Shown here in pieces: positions 9,429-19,254 of a DNA stretch of 64,000 nt (the stretch's first letter is position 1; the number at the start of each line of letters is the position of its first letter). Source of the DNA: an uncultured Erysipelotrichaceae bacterium. GTDB taxonomy: Bacteria > Bacillota_I > Bacilli_A > RF39 > UBA660. The stretch lies in assembly GCA_902780395.1 (NCBI GenBank), contig CACZFH010000001.1, positions 13,762 to 77,761 on the forward strand, read 5' to 3'. A program made the position numbers and the translations under genes. The notes under the pieces were generated by a model. The model had not been told where the DNA came from, did not search any database, and saw nothing but the letters and a program-made list of their open reading frames with translations.

Positions 9429-11042
9429 ATGAGTAAAAGAAAAAGAAAAAAGATAAAAAAGAAAGCCTTTATAGTAATTATTATACTAATGATTTGTATT
9501 GGGATTGTATCATATCTTATTATAGATTCTTATCAATTAAAACAAGCTATTAAAGAACATTATCATAATTATGTTAAAACAGTAAAAGAAACAGCACTAT
9601 ATGATAATGAGAAAAAGGCCATAGGAATCATCCATGAAAATGTAGGATTAGTATTAGAAAAAAAAGAAGGAATCAATGAATACCTAAAAATAAAAGATAA
9701 TCCATATTACATTTATTATAAAGATGTTACTAAAGGAAAAAAGCAATTATCAAAAGAAAACAATTATATACCATTTAATAAAAATATTAAAACAAGCAAT
9801 AAAGTTTCCTTACTACAAAACAATAAAGAACAAATCATAATGAATAAAGGAATCAATACTCCTATCCAATATGAAGACGAAAATAATTATTATATTTCTT
9901 TTCTAAATCAAATATTCGAAATACCAAAAACAAATGAAATAGAAATCATTGATCATAAAAATAGTGAAGAAGAAATTGCTAATCACATTAGTGTTCTAAA
10001 CTATGATACAATTGAACAATCTTGTACATCTAAAATATGTACCACAATAGAAGACTTTAAAAAACAAATAATAAAATTAAAAGATAATGGATATTATTCA
10101 ATAAGTAAAGAAGAATATGAAAAATATCGAAAAGGCTATATTCAATTAAAAAAAGGAGCTATTTATCTAACATCAAATTCATCAAAAGAAATATTAAATC
10201 AACTACAAGAAGAACTAGGAATTCAAATTGGCCAAGAAACAGTTATCTTAACAAATAAACCAACTACTCCTGATAATAACCTTGAAATAACAAATTCTTA
10301 TCAAATTAAAAATTACTCTACTATCGACAATATAATAAAAATGGCAAATGGAGAGGAAATAAAAGAATTATCTCCAGATGACAATAACCAAGGTATTCCT
10401 GTCTTAAACTATCATTTCTTTTATGGTGAAGGCGAAGATTGCAATGAATCAATCTGTTTAGATATTAATATTTTTAAAGAACATTTATCTTATTTAAAAG
10501 AAAATGGATTTAAAACATTAACCATGGAAGAATTTACAAAATGGATGTATAAAGAAATAGAGCTTCCTGAAAAATCTGTTTTAATTACGGTAGATGACGG
10601 AGCCAAAGGGACAGGAAAACATAATGGAAACAAGCTAATACCTGCTTTAGAAGAATACAAAATGCATGCTACCCTATTTTTAATTTCTGGTTGGTGGGAT
10701 GTAGAAAACTATCGTTCTAAATACTTAGATATTCAATCTCACACTTATGATATGCATCAATATGGACCATGTAAAAGAGGACAATTAAATTGTGCTACTT
10801 ATGAAGAAGCCCTAAAAGATTTAAAAAGATCATTAGAAATAGTAGATAATGCCAACTCTTTCTGCTTTCCTTTCTATTATTATAGTGATAGTTCCATTAA
10901 AGCTGTCCAAGATGCGGGCTTTAAAATAGCTTTCGTAGGAGGAAGCAGAAAAGCCAAAAGAAGTAATAATAAATATTTAATACCAAGATATCCAATCCAT
11001 GCAAATATTACCATGGATGCCTTTAAGAACATGGTAAATTAA
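9429..11042 (+). CDS. membrane-anchored polysaccharide deacetylase (NodB/CE4 domain at the C-terminus)
   Basis: N-terminal TM helix. C-terminal LITVDDGAKGTG...HTYDMHQYG...FCFPFYYY motifs of CE4 deacetylases. Only plus-strand gene in the first 50 kb. Confidence 0.7.
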   Translation: MSKRKRKKIKKKAFIVIIILMICIGIVSYLIIDSYQLKQAIKEHYHNYVKTVKETALYDNEKKAIGIIHENVGLVLEKKEGINEYLKIKDNPYYIYYKDVTKGKKQLSKENNYIPFNKNIKTSNKVSLLQNNKEQIIMNKGINTPIQYEDENNYYISFLNQIFEIPKTNEIEIIDHKNSEEEIANHISVLNYDTIEQSCTSKICTTIEDFKKQIIKLKDNGYYSISKEEYEKYRKGYIQLKKGAIYLTSNSSKEILNQLQEELGIQIGQETVILTNKPTTPDNNLEITNSYQIKNYSTIDNIIKMANGEEIKELSPDDNNQGIPVLNYHFFYGEGEDCNESICLDINIFKEHLSYLKENGFKTLTMEEFTKWMYKEIELPEKSVLITVDDGAKGTGKHNGNKLIPALEEYKMHATLFLISGWWDVENYRSKYLDIQSHTYDMHQYGPCKRGQLNCATYEEALKDLKRSLEIVDNANSFCFPFYYYSDSSIKAVQDAGFKIAFVGGSRKAKRSNNKYLIPRYPIHANITMDAFKNMVN

Positions 11043-11043
11043 A

Positions 11044-11069
11044 ATAACCAAATGGTTATTTTTTTTATT
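11044..11069 (+). terminator. rho-independent terminator of the deacetylase gene
   Basis: AATAACCAAATGGTTATT hairpin followed by T8. Confidence 0.6.
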
Positions 11070-11172
11070 AAACATTATTTTTAGAAATATTTATTATTAT
11101 TCCAATAGATACCATACTGACCAAAAGACTACTTCCACCATAAGAAAGAAATGATAAAGTTACCACCCTCAT
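11068..11172 (-). pseudogene. remnant duplicate of the ftsW 3' end (34 codons)
   Basis: Minus-strand translation MRVVTLSFLSYGGSSLLVSMVSIGIIINISKNNV* matches the FtsW C-terminus GVTLPFLSYGGSSLLVSMVSIGIILNISKNNS* (29/33 identical) at ~80% nucleotide identity to 12138..12238. Confidence 0.7.
11071..11168. repeat. direct repeat copy A (~98 bp, ~80% identical to 12138..12238)
   Basis: Aligned by eye: attattccaatagataccata...ccataagaaagaaatgataaagttacc versus attattccaattgataccata...ccataagaaagaaatggtaaagttacc. Confidence 0.75.
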
Positions 11173-12137
11173 ATATTTTTAAAACAACTTAATTATTATA
11201 GGTTACAACACATAAATAACTTTAAAATATTTTATATTTTTTTTAATAAATTATTTAAGATATCATTATCTTCTATCTTAGATATTTCAAAACATTTTTT
11301 ACCTAAATCTTTAAAAGATGCTCCTGAGTGATATAATATTTTCTTATCGATAATTATAAATCTATCATGAAAATGATTATTAATTATTAATTCTACATTT
11401 TTATATTGCATTTTATACTTTTCATAATCTTTATTATTATACTGATTTGTAATTACTTTTATATTCTTTTTTATCTTAGAAAGTATGTCTAATATGTTTT
11501 TATCAATGTAATTATCAATTATAATGATTTCTTTTTTAGATTTGTTAAATATATCTAGCAAAAGTGAGTAAGCATCATATATCTGTCCTTCGAAGAATAA
11601 ATGATTATTCTTTTCTTTAAAACTTAAAAAAGTATCTTCAATTGCTTGTAATCTTTCTTCATGTTTTATTACCAAATTATTTATATATCTTTGCTCAATC
11701 AAGCCAGAAGAAATATATTTTCTCATAGTTATAAAAGCTTCAATTATTTGAATGTTGATAGTTATAGCAATCTCTGAATTTATTATTCCTGATAGCATTG
11801 CTACTCCTTCTTCTGTAAATGCATATGGTGGTCTACGTAACCCTATTAAATCATTTTTGGAAGTCACAAAATGTGATCTCCAATCCATAAATTCTTCATT
11901 TGTTAATTGAAACATAAAATTATCCGGAAATCTTTTTATATTTCGTTTGACTGATTGCATGAAAACTCTTGTTTCAGTATGATAAAGTTTTGCTAAATCT
12001 CTATCTAGAATTATTTGTTTTCCTCTAATTTCATAAATCATATCTTCTATTTTTAATTTTTCTTTTAATATAATATTGTTCATAAAACCTCCACTGAATT
12101 TTTAACCATATTATATCAAACAAATATTCGTATATCA
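11169..12137. mobile_element. putative ~1 kb inserted segment (single ORF6N gene) bounded by diverged direct repeats of the ftsW 3' end
   Basis: Footprint of site-specific integration into a gene's 3' end: intact gene on one side, displaced partial copy on the other, foreign gene between. No integrase is present. Confidence 0.45.
11232..12083 (-). CDS. ORF6N/KilA-N domain protein with an uncharacterised C-terminal domain
   Basis: N-terminal IYEIRGKQIILDRDLAKLYHTETRVFMQSVKRNIKRFPDNFMFQLTNEE...GLRRPPYAFTEEGVAMLS is the ORF6N (KilA-N-like, antirepressor-associated) signature. The C-terminal ~150 aa alternates beta/alpha elements with HFHDRFIIIDKKILYHSGASFK (weak HxK/D-like). Confidence 0.7.
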   Translation of the reverse strand: MNNIILKEKLKIEDMIYEIRGKQIILDRDLAKLYHTETRVFMQSVKRNIKRFPDNFMFQLTNEEFMDWRSHFVTSKNDLIGLRRPPYAFTEEGVAMLSGIINSEIAITINIQIIEAFITMRKYISSGLIEQRYINNLVIKHEERLQAIEDTFLSFKEKNNHLFFEGQIYDAYSLLLDIFNKSKKEIIIIDNYIDKNILDILSKIKKNIKVITNQYNNKDYEKYKMQYKNVELIINNHFHDRFIIIDKKILYHSGASFKDLGKKCFEISKIEDNDILNNLLKKI

Positions 12138-13220
12138 ACTATTGTTTTTTGAAATATTAAGTATTATTCCAATTGATACCATAGATACTAAAAGAGATGA
12201 TCCTCCATAAGAAAGAAATGGTAAAGTTACCCCTGTAACAGGAATTAATCCTACAACCACCATTAAATTTAAGATTGCTTGAAAAAGAATCTGAAAGGAA
12301 AGTCCAAAAGATAAATATTTCCCAAATAAATCTTTTGATTGTAAAGAAATCTTCATTCCTTGATAAAACACATTAAAGAATAGTCCTACAACTACTATTA
12401 CCCCAACAATTCCAAATTCTTCTGCTAAAACAGAAAAAATAAAATCTGTCTGTGGTTCTGGTAAATAAAAATGTTTTTGAATAGAATTTAAATAACCATG
12501 TCCTAATAGTCCCCCTGGTCCTATTGCATATAAACTTTGTATCATTTGAAAACCACTCCCTAAAGCATCTTTCCAAGGATCTATAAAAGAAATTATTCTT
12601 AATAAACGATAAGGAGCTACAACAATCAAAAGAACTAAACCTATAAAGCCAATAACCCCACCTATAATAAAAAATCTCATATCCATGCCTCCTATAAAAA
12701 GAACAGCAATACAAGATAAAACAATTATAGTTCCTGTCCCTAAATCTGGCTGTAACATAATAAGTCCAAAAAACATAAGAATAACACCTATCACAGGTAA
12801 GAATATAAGAATCGGATGAGAATTATAATAATTGTTATTTTTAGCTAAATATTTACTAGTAAAAATAAGCAAAGCAATTTTACATAACTCACTAGGTTGA
12901 ATTCCCAAAGAACCAATGCCAAACCAACTACGACTGCCATTTCGTATACTACCAATCCCAGGAATTAATACTAAAACCAATAAAAGAAAACTAATTCCTA
13001 ACAAATAAAAAGAGTATTTGTGATAAATAGAATAAGGAATTCTTGAAAATAAGAAGAGTAATAATAACCCAACTATAAAAAATATTCCTTGATATTTAAC
13101 ATAATGAAAAGAATCATGAAAACGATACATTGCCCAAACACTTGAGGAAGAATATACCATCATTAAACCAAGAATTGATAGTAATAAAACACTTCCTAGT
13201 AAATAATAATTTTTCTTCAT
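12135..13220 (-). CDS. ftsW: SEDS-family peptidoglycan glycosyltransferase FtsW/SpoVE
   Basis: Ten-TM SEDS architecture with conserved C-terminal PFLSYGGSSLL motif; sits in the dcw cluster downstream of mraY. Confidence 0.9.
   Translation of the reverse strand: MKKNYYLLGSVLLLSILGLMMVYSSSSVWAMYRFHDSFHYVKYQGIFFIVGLLLLFLFSRIPYSIYHKYSFYLLGISFLLLVLVLIPGIGSIRNGSRSWFGIGSLGIQPSELCKIALLIFTSKYLAKNNNYYNSHPILIFLPVIGVILMFFGLIMLQPDLGTGTIIVLSCIAVLFIGGMDMRFFIIGGVIGFIGLVLLIVVAPYRLLRIISFIDPWKDALGSGFQMIQSLYAIGPGGLLGHGYLNSIQKHFYLPEPQTDFIFSVLAEEFGIVGVIVVVGLFFNVFYQGMKISLQSKDLFGKYLSFGLSFQILFQAILNLMVVVGLIPVTGVTLPFLSYGGSSLLVSMVSIGIILNISKNNS
12138..12238. repeat. direct repeat copy B (3' end of the intact ftsW)
   Basis: See copy A. 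Confidence 0.75.
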
Positions 13221-13277
13221 ACAATCACCTATTTCATTATATGAAGAAAAAAAAAGAATAGCTCAAAAAGAACTATC

Positions 13278-13634
13278 CTATAAATAATCACTTAAAAATG
13301 GAAATTCATTATCACCAATAATATAATTATAAATAGCATCTCCTAAATTCATATATATATGATTTTCATCTGAAAAAAAATCTTCTTTCAAAATAAATAA
13401 ATAATCTTTATAAACAAAAGAAACAAAATCTTTATTATCACTACTTACTAGCATTATATTGTATAATCTAAGAAGTTCATCTTGGATTGTTTTTTTATCA
13501 GAAATTCTTCCCTCCATCATCGCAGCTTCTTTTGCTTTTTCCATACTTACTTGAGGATATTTTCCAATAATTTCATTAGCCACTAAATTAATTCTTTCTT
13601 CTTCTAATAAGTTACCATTATATTCAAAATCCAT
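13278..13634 (-). CDS. hypothetical acidic protein, translationally coupled to the ClpX-like gene
   Basis: Start at 13634 is 2 nt after the ClpX-like stop at 13636; no recognisable motif. Confidence 0.45.
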   Translation of the reverse strand: MDFEYNGNLLEEERINLVANEIIGKYPQVSMEKAKEAAMMEGRISDKKTIQDELLRLYNIMLVSSDNKDFVSFVYKDYLFILKEDFFSDENHIYMNLGDAIYNYIIGDNEFPFLSDYL

Positions 13635-13635
13635 A

Positions 13636-15399
13636 CTAACCCCTAACCTTTCTATTCATAGTCTGTTCAAAAACATTATACACAGTTTCCGAATCAAGTA
13701 GAATCGTTTTACTATTTCCTCTCATAATCTCTTTAAGATAGTGACTTCGAACATTATTCATAATAGTTTGTAAACTTCTAGCTCCCGTATTTAATTTATA
13801 AGCACATTCAGCAATCGCAAGATAGGTATCATCAGTGATTTCCAAATGTCTATCATTACTTTCTACCCACATTTTAAATCCTAACACTGGACTAATTGCA
13901 GATTCTCGCAATATTTTTTCTAATGCCACCACATCATAATCATCTGTATGAAGATAAACATTAAATCGACCAATCAATTCTTTTTCAAAACCTATTTCTA
14001 TCAAATCCTCAGGAGTAATACTATAATTTCCAGTTATAGCTGTTTCCATAGATTCCCCAAATCCCATAGGAGATTTAGCAGTCGTTTTTCTCTTTCTCAA
14101 ATCCGTCAATGCTCCAACACCTGCAAAAGTAAGTTTAGATGTATCAAATTCAATCGTTCTCCTACCAAAAAGGCCATCACCAACTGTAATAACATACTTT
14201 CCTCCACCTAGAAGTTTTAATAAATCATGTTGAACAGCTTTCTTCATGACTAATGCATTTGCCCCACCAAATATAAGTTTATCAATTTCATCTAAAACAA
14301 CTATTCCCCTTTGAGCCAATTCCAAATCACCATTAGCCTTCTTATATTATTCAACTAGAATATTTTCTAAACTACCTCCAACATATCCAGTAGCAGAGTA
14401 TTCACCCATAGATGTAACAACAAAAGGAACTCCGATTTTTTCCGATATTTCTTTAATAATAGCTGTCTTCCCAGTTCCAGATGGGCCATCTAAAAAGATA
14501 ATAGATCTTTCACCATCATTAATAGTTTCACTATTAATTAAACATTGATTATTAATAATATTATAAAATAACTCTTCTGCTAAAGCTTCTTGTCCTATAA
14601 ATTTAGTCTTAATTACTTCCAATAACTTCCATACATTTTCATCAATTACAAATTTATGTCCAGATTTTTCTGAATCTTTATCCTTACCAGTATCTTCTTC
14701 CTTTTTTTCAGTACTTTCTAAATCTTTATCATTATCAATATTCAATTTGTTTTTTCCTAATCTCATTGAAGGATCTAAATAAAAAGATAATAAAGAAGAA
14801 TAATTAGCATTTCTTTTTTTAGTATTTACTGATTTTCCAGCAATACAACCACAATCAATTAAACTTATCTTTAATAAATCAAAAATATCATGATAATAAA
14901 TTCCACCACCAACTAAATCTTTTATATTGTTTTGTTTTCCAAATTTAGAAATAACATTAGAGCCACAATATTTATCACGCTTTAAACAAAAAAATATCAA
15001 TTCTTGAGATAAAAAGTAAACATCATAATCATTAGTACCTTTTGAAACAATATTCATCAAATTTAGTTTAAAAACAGAATTATAATAATCAGCATAGTTT
15101 TTATATCGTTTAGAAAGTATATCATAGCTATCAAAAGGTACAATATCGTCCTCATTTAATTTAACAAAATCAAGTAAATCTTTTAATTTTATATTATACT
15201 GAGAAACTATATTTTTCAAATTACTATCAATTAAAAATCCTGCTATAAATAAAGAAATAACTTTCTTATCAATTAAAGTTAATTCTTCATTATTTACTAC
15301 TAGTTTTTTTCCTTCAATAGCGGCATAAATATCCATTGTTTTTTTTAAATATCTTTGTGTTTCTTCAGTTAAATCATCAAAATTATAAGTTAATGCCAT
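13636..15399 (-). pseudogene. ClpX-family AAA+ unfoldase with a novel ~270-aa N-terminal domain, interrupted by an in-frame TAA at 14347..14349
   Basis: Walker A FLDGPSGTGKT, pore loop TGYVGG, Walker B VVLDEIDKL, MGFG loop (resembles the ClpX IGF ClpP-docking loop), sensor TGARSL. The two ORF-track ORFs are in the same frame separated by a single TAA (…ENILVE*YKKANGDLELAQRG…). No ClpX zinc-finger N-domain. Confidence 0.6.
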
Positions 15400-15474
15400 A
15401 TATAATCCTCCATATACTACAATTATATCATAAAAAGAAAATTAATAAAAAAAAGAAATAGTAAATCTATTTCT

Positions 15475-16476
15475 TTACACCCATACTCCAAAAATAATTC
15501 CTGCCATGGATAATATTAATCCAAAAACCCAAAATAATTTTACAATATCTGTTTCCATCCATCCTAGCTTTTCAAAATGATGATGAATTGGGGTCATTAA
15601 GAAAAGTTTTCTATGAAAGACTTGTACCCAAAATGTTTGTAAAATAACACTTAAGGTCTCTATCACAAAAATAGATGCCACTACCAATAAAGTTAATTCT
15701 CTATGAGTTAATATAGCTATAGCTCCCATTAAGGCTCCCAATGCTAAAGAACCAGTATCTCCCATAAATACTTTAGCCGGATAAGTATTATATATTAAAA
15801 ATCCCATTAAACTACCAACTAAAATCAAACTAAAGATTCCAATATCTTCAAACCCAACTGATAAAGAAATCAAAGAAAAAGCAATAAAGGCAATCGCCGA
15901 TAATCCACCAGCTAAACCATCAAGTCCATCCGTTAGATTAACCGCATTACTAGCTCCAACTAAAACAAATAAAATAGCGAGACCATATAACCAACCTAGT
16001 TCTAAATCTATTCTTAAAGTTCCAACTACCCAAGCCGTTTGCCCACCACTTCTCATATATATATAGAAAAAACCAATGGCAATCAACACTTGCATAAAGA
16101 GTTTTTGATAAGCAGATAATCCTTCATTATTACCTTTTCGAATTGATAAAAAATCATCCAAAAAGCCAATACACGCATACCCAATAAAAACTAATAAAAC
16201 TATTCCTAAATTAGAAGAATAAGTCAACTTATTCATAGCAATCAAGGCAATTGTCGCCAAAACCGTTGGAATAATGAAAATAATCCCACCCATAGTTGGA
16301 GTACCTTCTTTTTTTCGATGAGCATCACCAACAAAGATAGAAATTTTTTGCCCAACTCTTAATTTTCGTAATAAAGGTAATAGAAATAAACCCAAAATCG
16401 TAGAAGATAAAAAGCCAATCATAATAGCAAAAATTGCTTTGGTTAATAGTAACATGAAATTCACTCCATTTCTCAA
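15475..16476 (-). CDS. mraY: phospho-N-acetylmuramoyl-pentapeptide transferase
   Basis: Ten-TM protein with MraY motifs (PTMGG, NAVNLTDGLDGL, VFMGDTGSL, HHHFE). Confidence 0.93.
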   Translation of the reverse strand: MRNGVNFMLLLTKAIFAIMIGFLSSTILGLFLLPLLRKLRVGQKISIFVGDAHRKKEGTPTMGGIIFIIPTVLATIALIAMNKLTYSSNLGIVLLVFIGYACIGFLDDFLSIRKGNNEGLSAYQKLFMQVLIAIGFFYIYMRSGGQTAWVVGTLRIDLELGWLYGLAILFVLVGASNAVNLTDGLDGLAGGLSAIAFIAFSLISLSVGFEDIGIFSLILVGSLMGFLIYNTYPAKVFMGDTGSLALGALMGAIAILTHRELTLLVVASIFVIETLSVILQTFWVQVFHRKLFLMTPIHHHFEKLGWMETDIVKLFWVFGLILSMAGIIFGVWV

Positions 16477-16535
16477 AATATTATATCATACTTAAAACAA
16501 CAATATGACAAACTTCCCATACTTTACAAAATATT

Positions 16536-18449
16536 TTACATAGATTTAGATTTCACATAAACTCTAACTTTACTTCCTTCCTCTAACATTGTAGAACTCT
16601 TAGGACTTTGCTCCACAACTATATCCCCTTCTCCCTCAACAACCATGTCGAATGAATATAACAGCTTTTTAGCTTCCTGAAGAGTTTTTCCAATAACATT
16701 AGGAACCTCATAAGGAATTTTATCATTCCATTCAAAATCTTTTACAACTTCACCCTCTTGTTCTGGTATTTTAAGAGCAGTAATAATATCTAGTAAAATC
16801 CTTCTAGCAATAGGAGTAGTTGTATAACTAGAAAGCATTGCTGTATTTTTTGGATTATCAATTGCCAAATATAAAACAGCTTCTGGATTATTAGCTGGAA
16901 CTACAGCCATAAAACTCATTATATAATTGTTAACCAAATAAACTCCATTTTCACTCTTTTGAGCAGTTCCTGTTTTTCCACCTATGCGATATCCCTCAAT
17001 ATAAGCACTTTTTCCTCCACCTTTAGCCACAACATGTTCTAATGCTAGTCTCATAATAGCAGATGTCTCCGAAGATATAACCTTTCTTCTAAATTTAGTA
17101 TGATACTCTATAATATTATTTTGTGTCTGATTACTAATACTTTTAACAATATAAGGAGAATACAAATATCCACCATTAACAACAGCAGAAACAGCCATAA
17201 CTTGTTGTAAAGGAGTAACACTAATTCCTTGACCAAAAGCTGAAGTTGCTAACTCAACATTACCAATTTGATTCATAGAAAATAAAATACCCTTTCCTTC
17301 ACCATTTAAATCAATACCAGTCTTTTCACCAAAACCAAAATCATGAATATAAGAAAACAATCTTTCTTTTCCCAATAATTGTCCTAATTTAACAAATCCC
17401 GGATTACAAGAATTCTGTAATACTTCTAAAAAGGTTTGATTTCCATGTCCCTGAGTTTTCCAACACTTTAATACACTACCATCTACCGTAACCTTTCCCG
17501 AATCATAGAAATGATCTTTAAAAATATCAACTACCCCTTCTTCTACAGCCGATGCCATCGTTACAATTTTAAATGTACTACCTGGTTCATAACTAAACCA
17601 AATAGGTAAATTCCTACTTAACACACTAGTATCATACTTTTGATACTCATTAGGATTAAAATCAGGATAAGAAGCCATTCCTAATATTTCTCCATTTTTT
17701 GGATTAACTACAATAGCTAAAGCATTATTAGGAGTAAACATTTTCTCAATATTAGATATTTCTCGTTCTAAAGCTTTTTGAATTTGAAAATCAATTGTCA
17801 AATGAATATCCATTCCAGAAGTAGGTGCTTTATATACATCACTTTTAGTAATTTTATTTCCATGAGCATCACTGAAATATTGTATAGCCCCATTTTCCCC
17901 CTTTAAATAGTCATCATACAATAATTCTAACCCTGATAACCCTTGATTATCTATCCCCACATACCCCAATGTATGTGATAATAAATCATTATAAGGATAA
18001 TATCTTTTTGCTTCTTTTACTAAATAAACCCCTTCTATTTTTAAATCAGCAATCTTCTCCGCCACTTTATAAGATAATCTTCTTCCTTCTGGATGCACTC
18101 TTTCAATAGAAGTATTCTTATAAACATGCTTTTTCATTTCTTCATAAGAAACATTTAAAATTGAAGCTAAAGCTTTAGTAGTAACCTTTTTATCCTTTAT
18201 TTGATTAGGAATTAGTACCAAAGAAGTAGTCGTTAAATTATCAGCTAAAATAATCCCATTTCGATCATATATCTTTCCTCTATCAGCTTCTACTTCTAAA
18301 TCACGACTCCATAAATGACTAGCTAAGATAGATAATTTATGATACTGAAATACTTGAATATAAAAAACTTTTAATATAACTAAAAATAAGCAAAAACTAG
18401 TCCCTAAAAAAAGCACTTTCTCTCTTTTATGAATACTCTTAAAAAACAT
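16536..18449 (-). CDS. class B penicillin-binding protein (SpoVD/FtsI-like) with one C-terminal PASTA domain
   Basis: PBP dimerisation and transpeptidase motifs (STFK, SSN, KTGT); C-terminal PASTA; located upstream of mraY. Confidence 0.85.
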   Translation of the reverse strand: MFFKSIHKREKVLFLGTSFCLFLVILKVFYIQVFQYHKLSILASHLWSRDLEVEADRGKIYDRNGIILADNLTTTSLVLIPNQIKDKKVTTKALASILNVSYEEMKKHVYKNTSIERVHPEGRRLSYKVAEKIADLKIEGVYLVKEAKRYYPYNDLLSHTLGYVGIDNQGLSGLELLYDDYLKGENGAIQYFSDAHGNKITKSDVYKAPTSGMDIHLTIDFQIQKALEREISNIEKMFTPNNALAIVVNPKNGEILGMASYPDFNPNEYQKYDTSVLSRNLPIWFSYEPGSTFKIVTMASAVEEGVVDIFKDHFYDSGKVTVDGSVLKCWKTQGHGNQTFLEVLQNSCNPGFVKLGQLLGKERLFSYIHDFGFGEKTGIDLNGEGKGILFSMNQIGNVELATSAFGQGISVTPLQQVMAVSAVVNGGYLYSPYIVKSISNQTQNNIIEYHTKFRRKVISSETSAIMRLALEHVVAKGGGKSAYIEGYRIGGKTGTAQKSENGVYLVNNYIMSFMAVVPANNPEAVLYLAIDNPKNTAMLSSYTTTPIARRILLDIITALKIPEQEGEVVKDFEWNDKIPYEVPNVIGKTLQEAKKLLYSFDMVVEGEGDIVVEQSPKSSTMLEEGSKVRVYVKSKSM

Positions 18450-18533
18450 ATAATCACCTTAATAAAATGTATGAAAAAAGATTCTATTTAAAACATAAAA
18501 CAATAAAAAAAACAGTATATTTACTGCTAATTA

Positions 18534-19100
18534 TTACTTAACTTTTTGCCTACCTTCAGCCTTTGTTTCGTTGATAGCATCTACCTCTATTGCATATAAA
18601 TCTAAAAGATTATTTAATTCTTCTATTTCATAAGAATCCTTTATTTCTTCTATTTCATCATTATACTTTAATAACTCATCATCTGAAAGCTTAACACTAT
18701 GTTCCTTGATATATTGATCATAGTATGGATCCCAATAATGATTATTAAAATCAGATAAATAATAAATCATCTCCAACTCTCCATCAGGTAAAGTATATAA
18801 ATATTTACCATCTTCCCATTCATAATAATAAATTCTTTTAGCACCTACTTCAGGATCATAAAATAGTCTTATATACTCACTATAATATTTAATAACTCCT
18901 TTACCATTTTGATAAACACAATCATAGGTATTTTCAAAAGATGTCTTTAAATATTCTTCATCAGGAAGATTATTTTCAGCAACATACTTATTCTTATATT
19001 GACTTTTACACCCCGGAACAAGAACCAAAGTTCCAGACAATAAAATAGCCATTGTTCTTTTACTAAGAAAACTTATCTTAAAATATTTGGTCTTTTCCAT
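18534..19100 (-). CDS. putative lipoprotein
   Basis: Signal-like N-terminus with LVPGC lipobox-like cysteine; Tyr/Asp-rich body. Confidence 0.45.
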   Translation of the reverse strand: MEKTKYFKISFLSKRTMAILLSGTLVLVPGCKSQYKNKYVAENNLPDEEYLKTSFENTYDCVYQNGKGVIKYYSEYIRLFYDPEVGAKRIYYYEWEDGKYLYTLPDGELEMIYYLSDFNNHYWDPYYDQYIKEHSVKLSDDELLKYNDEIEEIKDSYEIEELNNLLDLYAIEVDAINETKAEGRQKVK

Positions 19101-19254
19101 AAATTTCCCTCCAAAAAGATAAAAAATATTCTAACATACTATTAGTAGCAAAGCAAATATAACAAATCATATTTCATTACCATTATTAGAAATGATTATA
19201 ATTTTTTTGAAGGTACAATAGAGAAAAAATTATTAAAAAAAGACAAAAGTATTC

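Noticed and set aside
12373-12714. 113-aa minus-strand ORF overlapping ftsW in another frame
   Set aside because: Entirely inside the FtsW coding region. Cys/Arg/Phe-rich frame artefact.
14347-14349. In-frame TAA in the ClpX-like gene as evidence of stop-codon reassignment or an alternative genetic code
   Set aside because: Other long genes translate intact with the standard code; TAA and TGA both terminate genes here (ftsW ends in TGA). A nonsense mutation or sequencing error is more parsimonious; kept as a pseudogene call.
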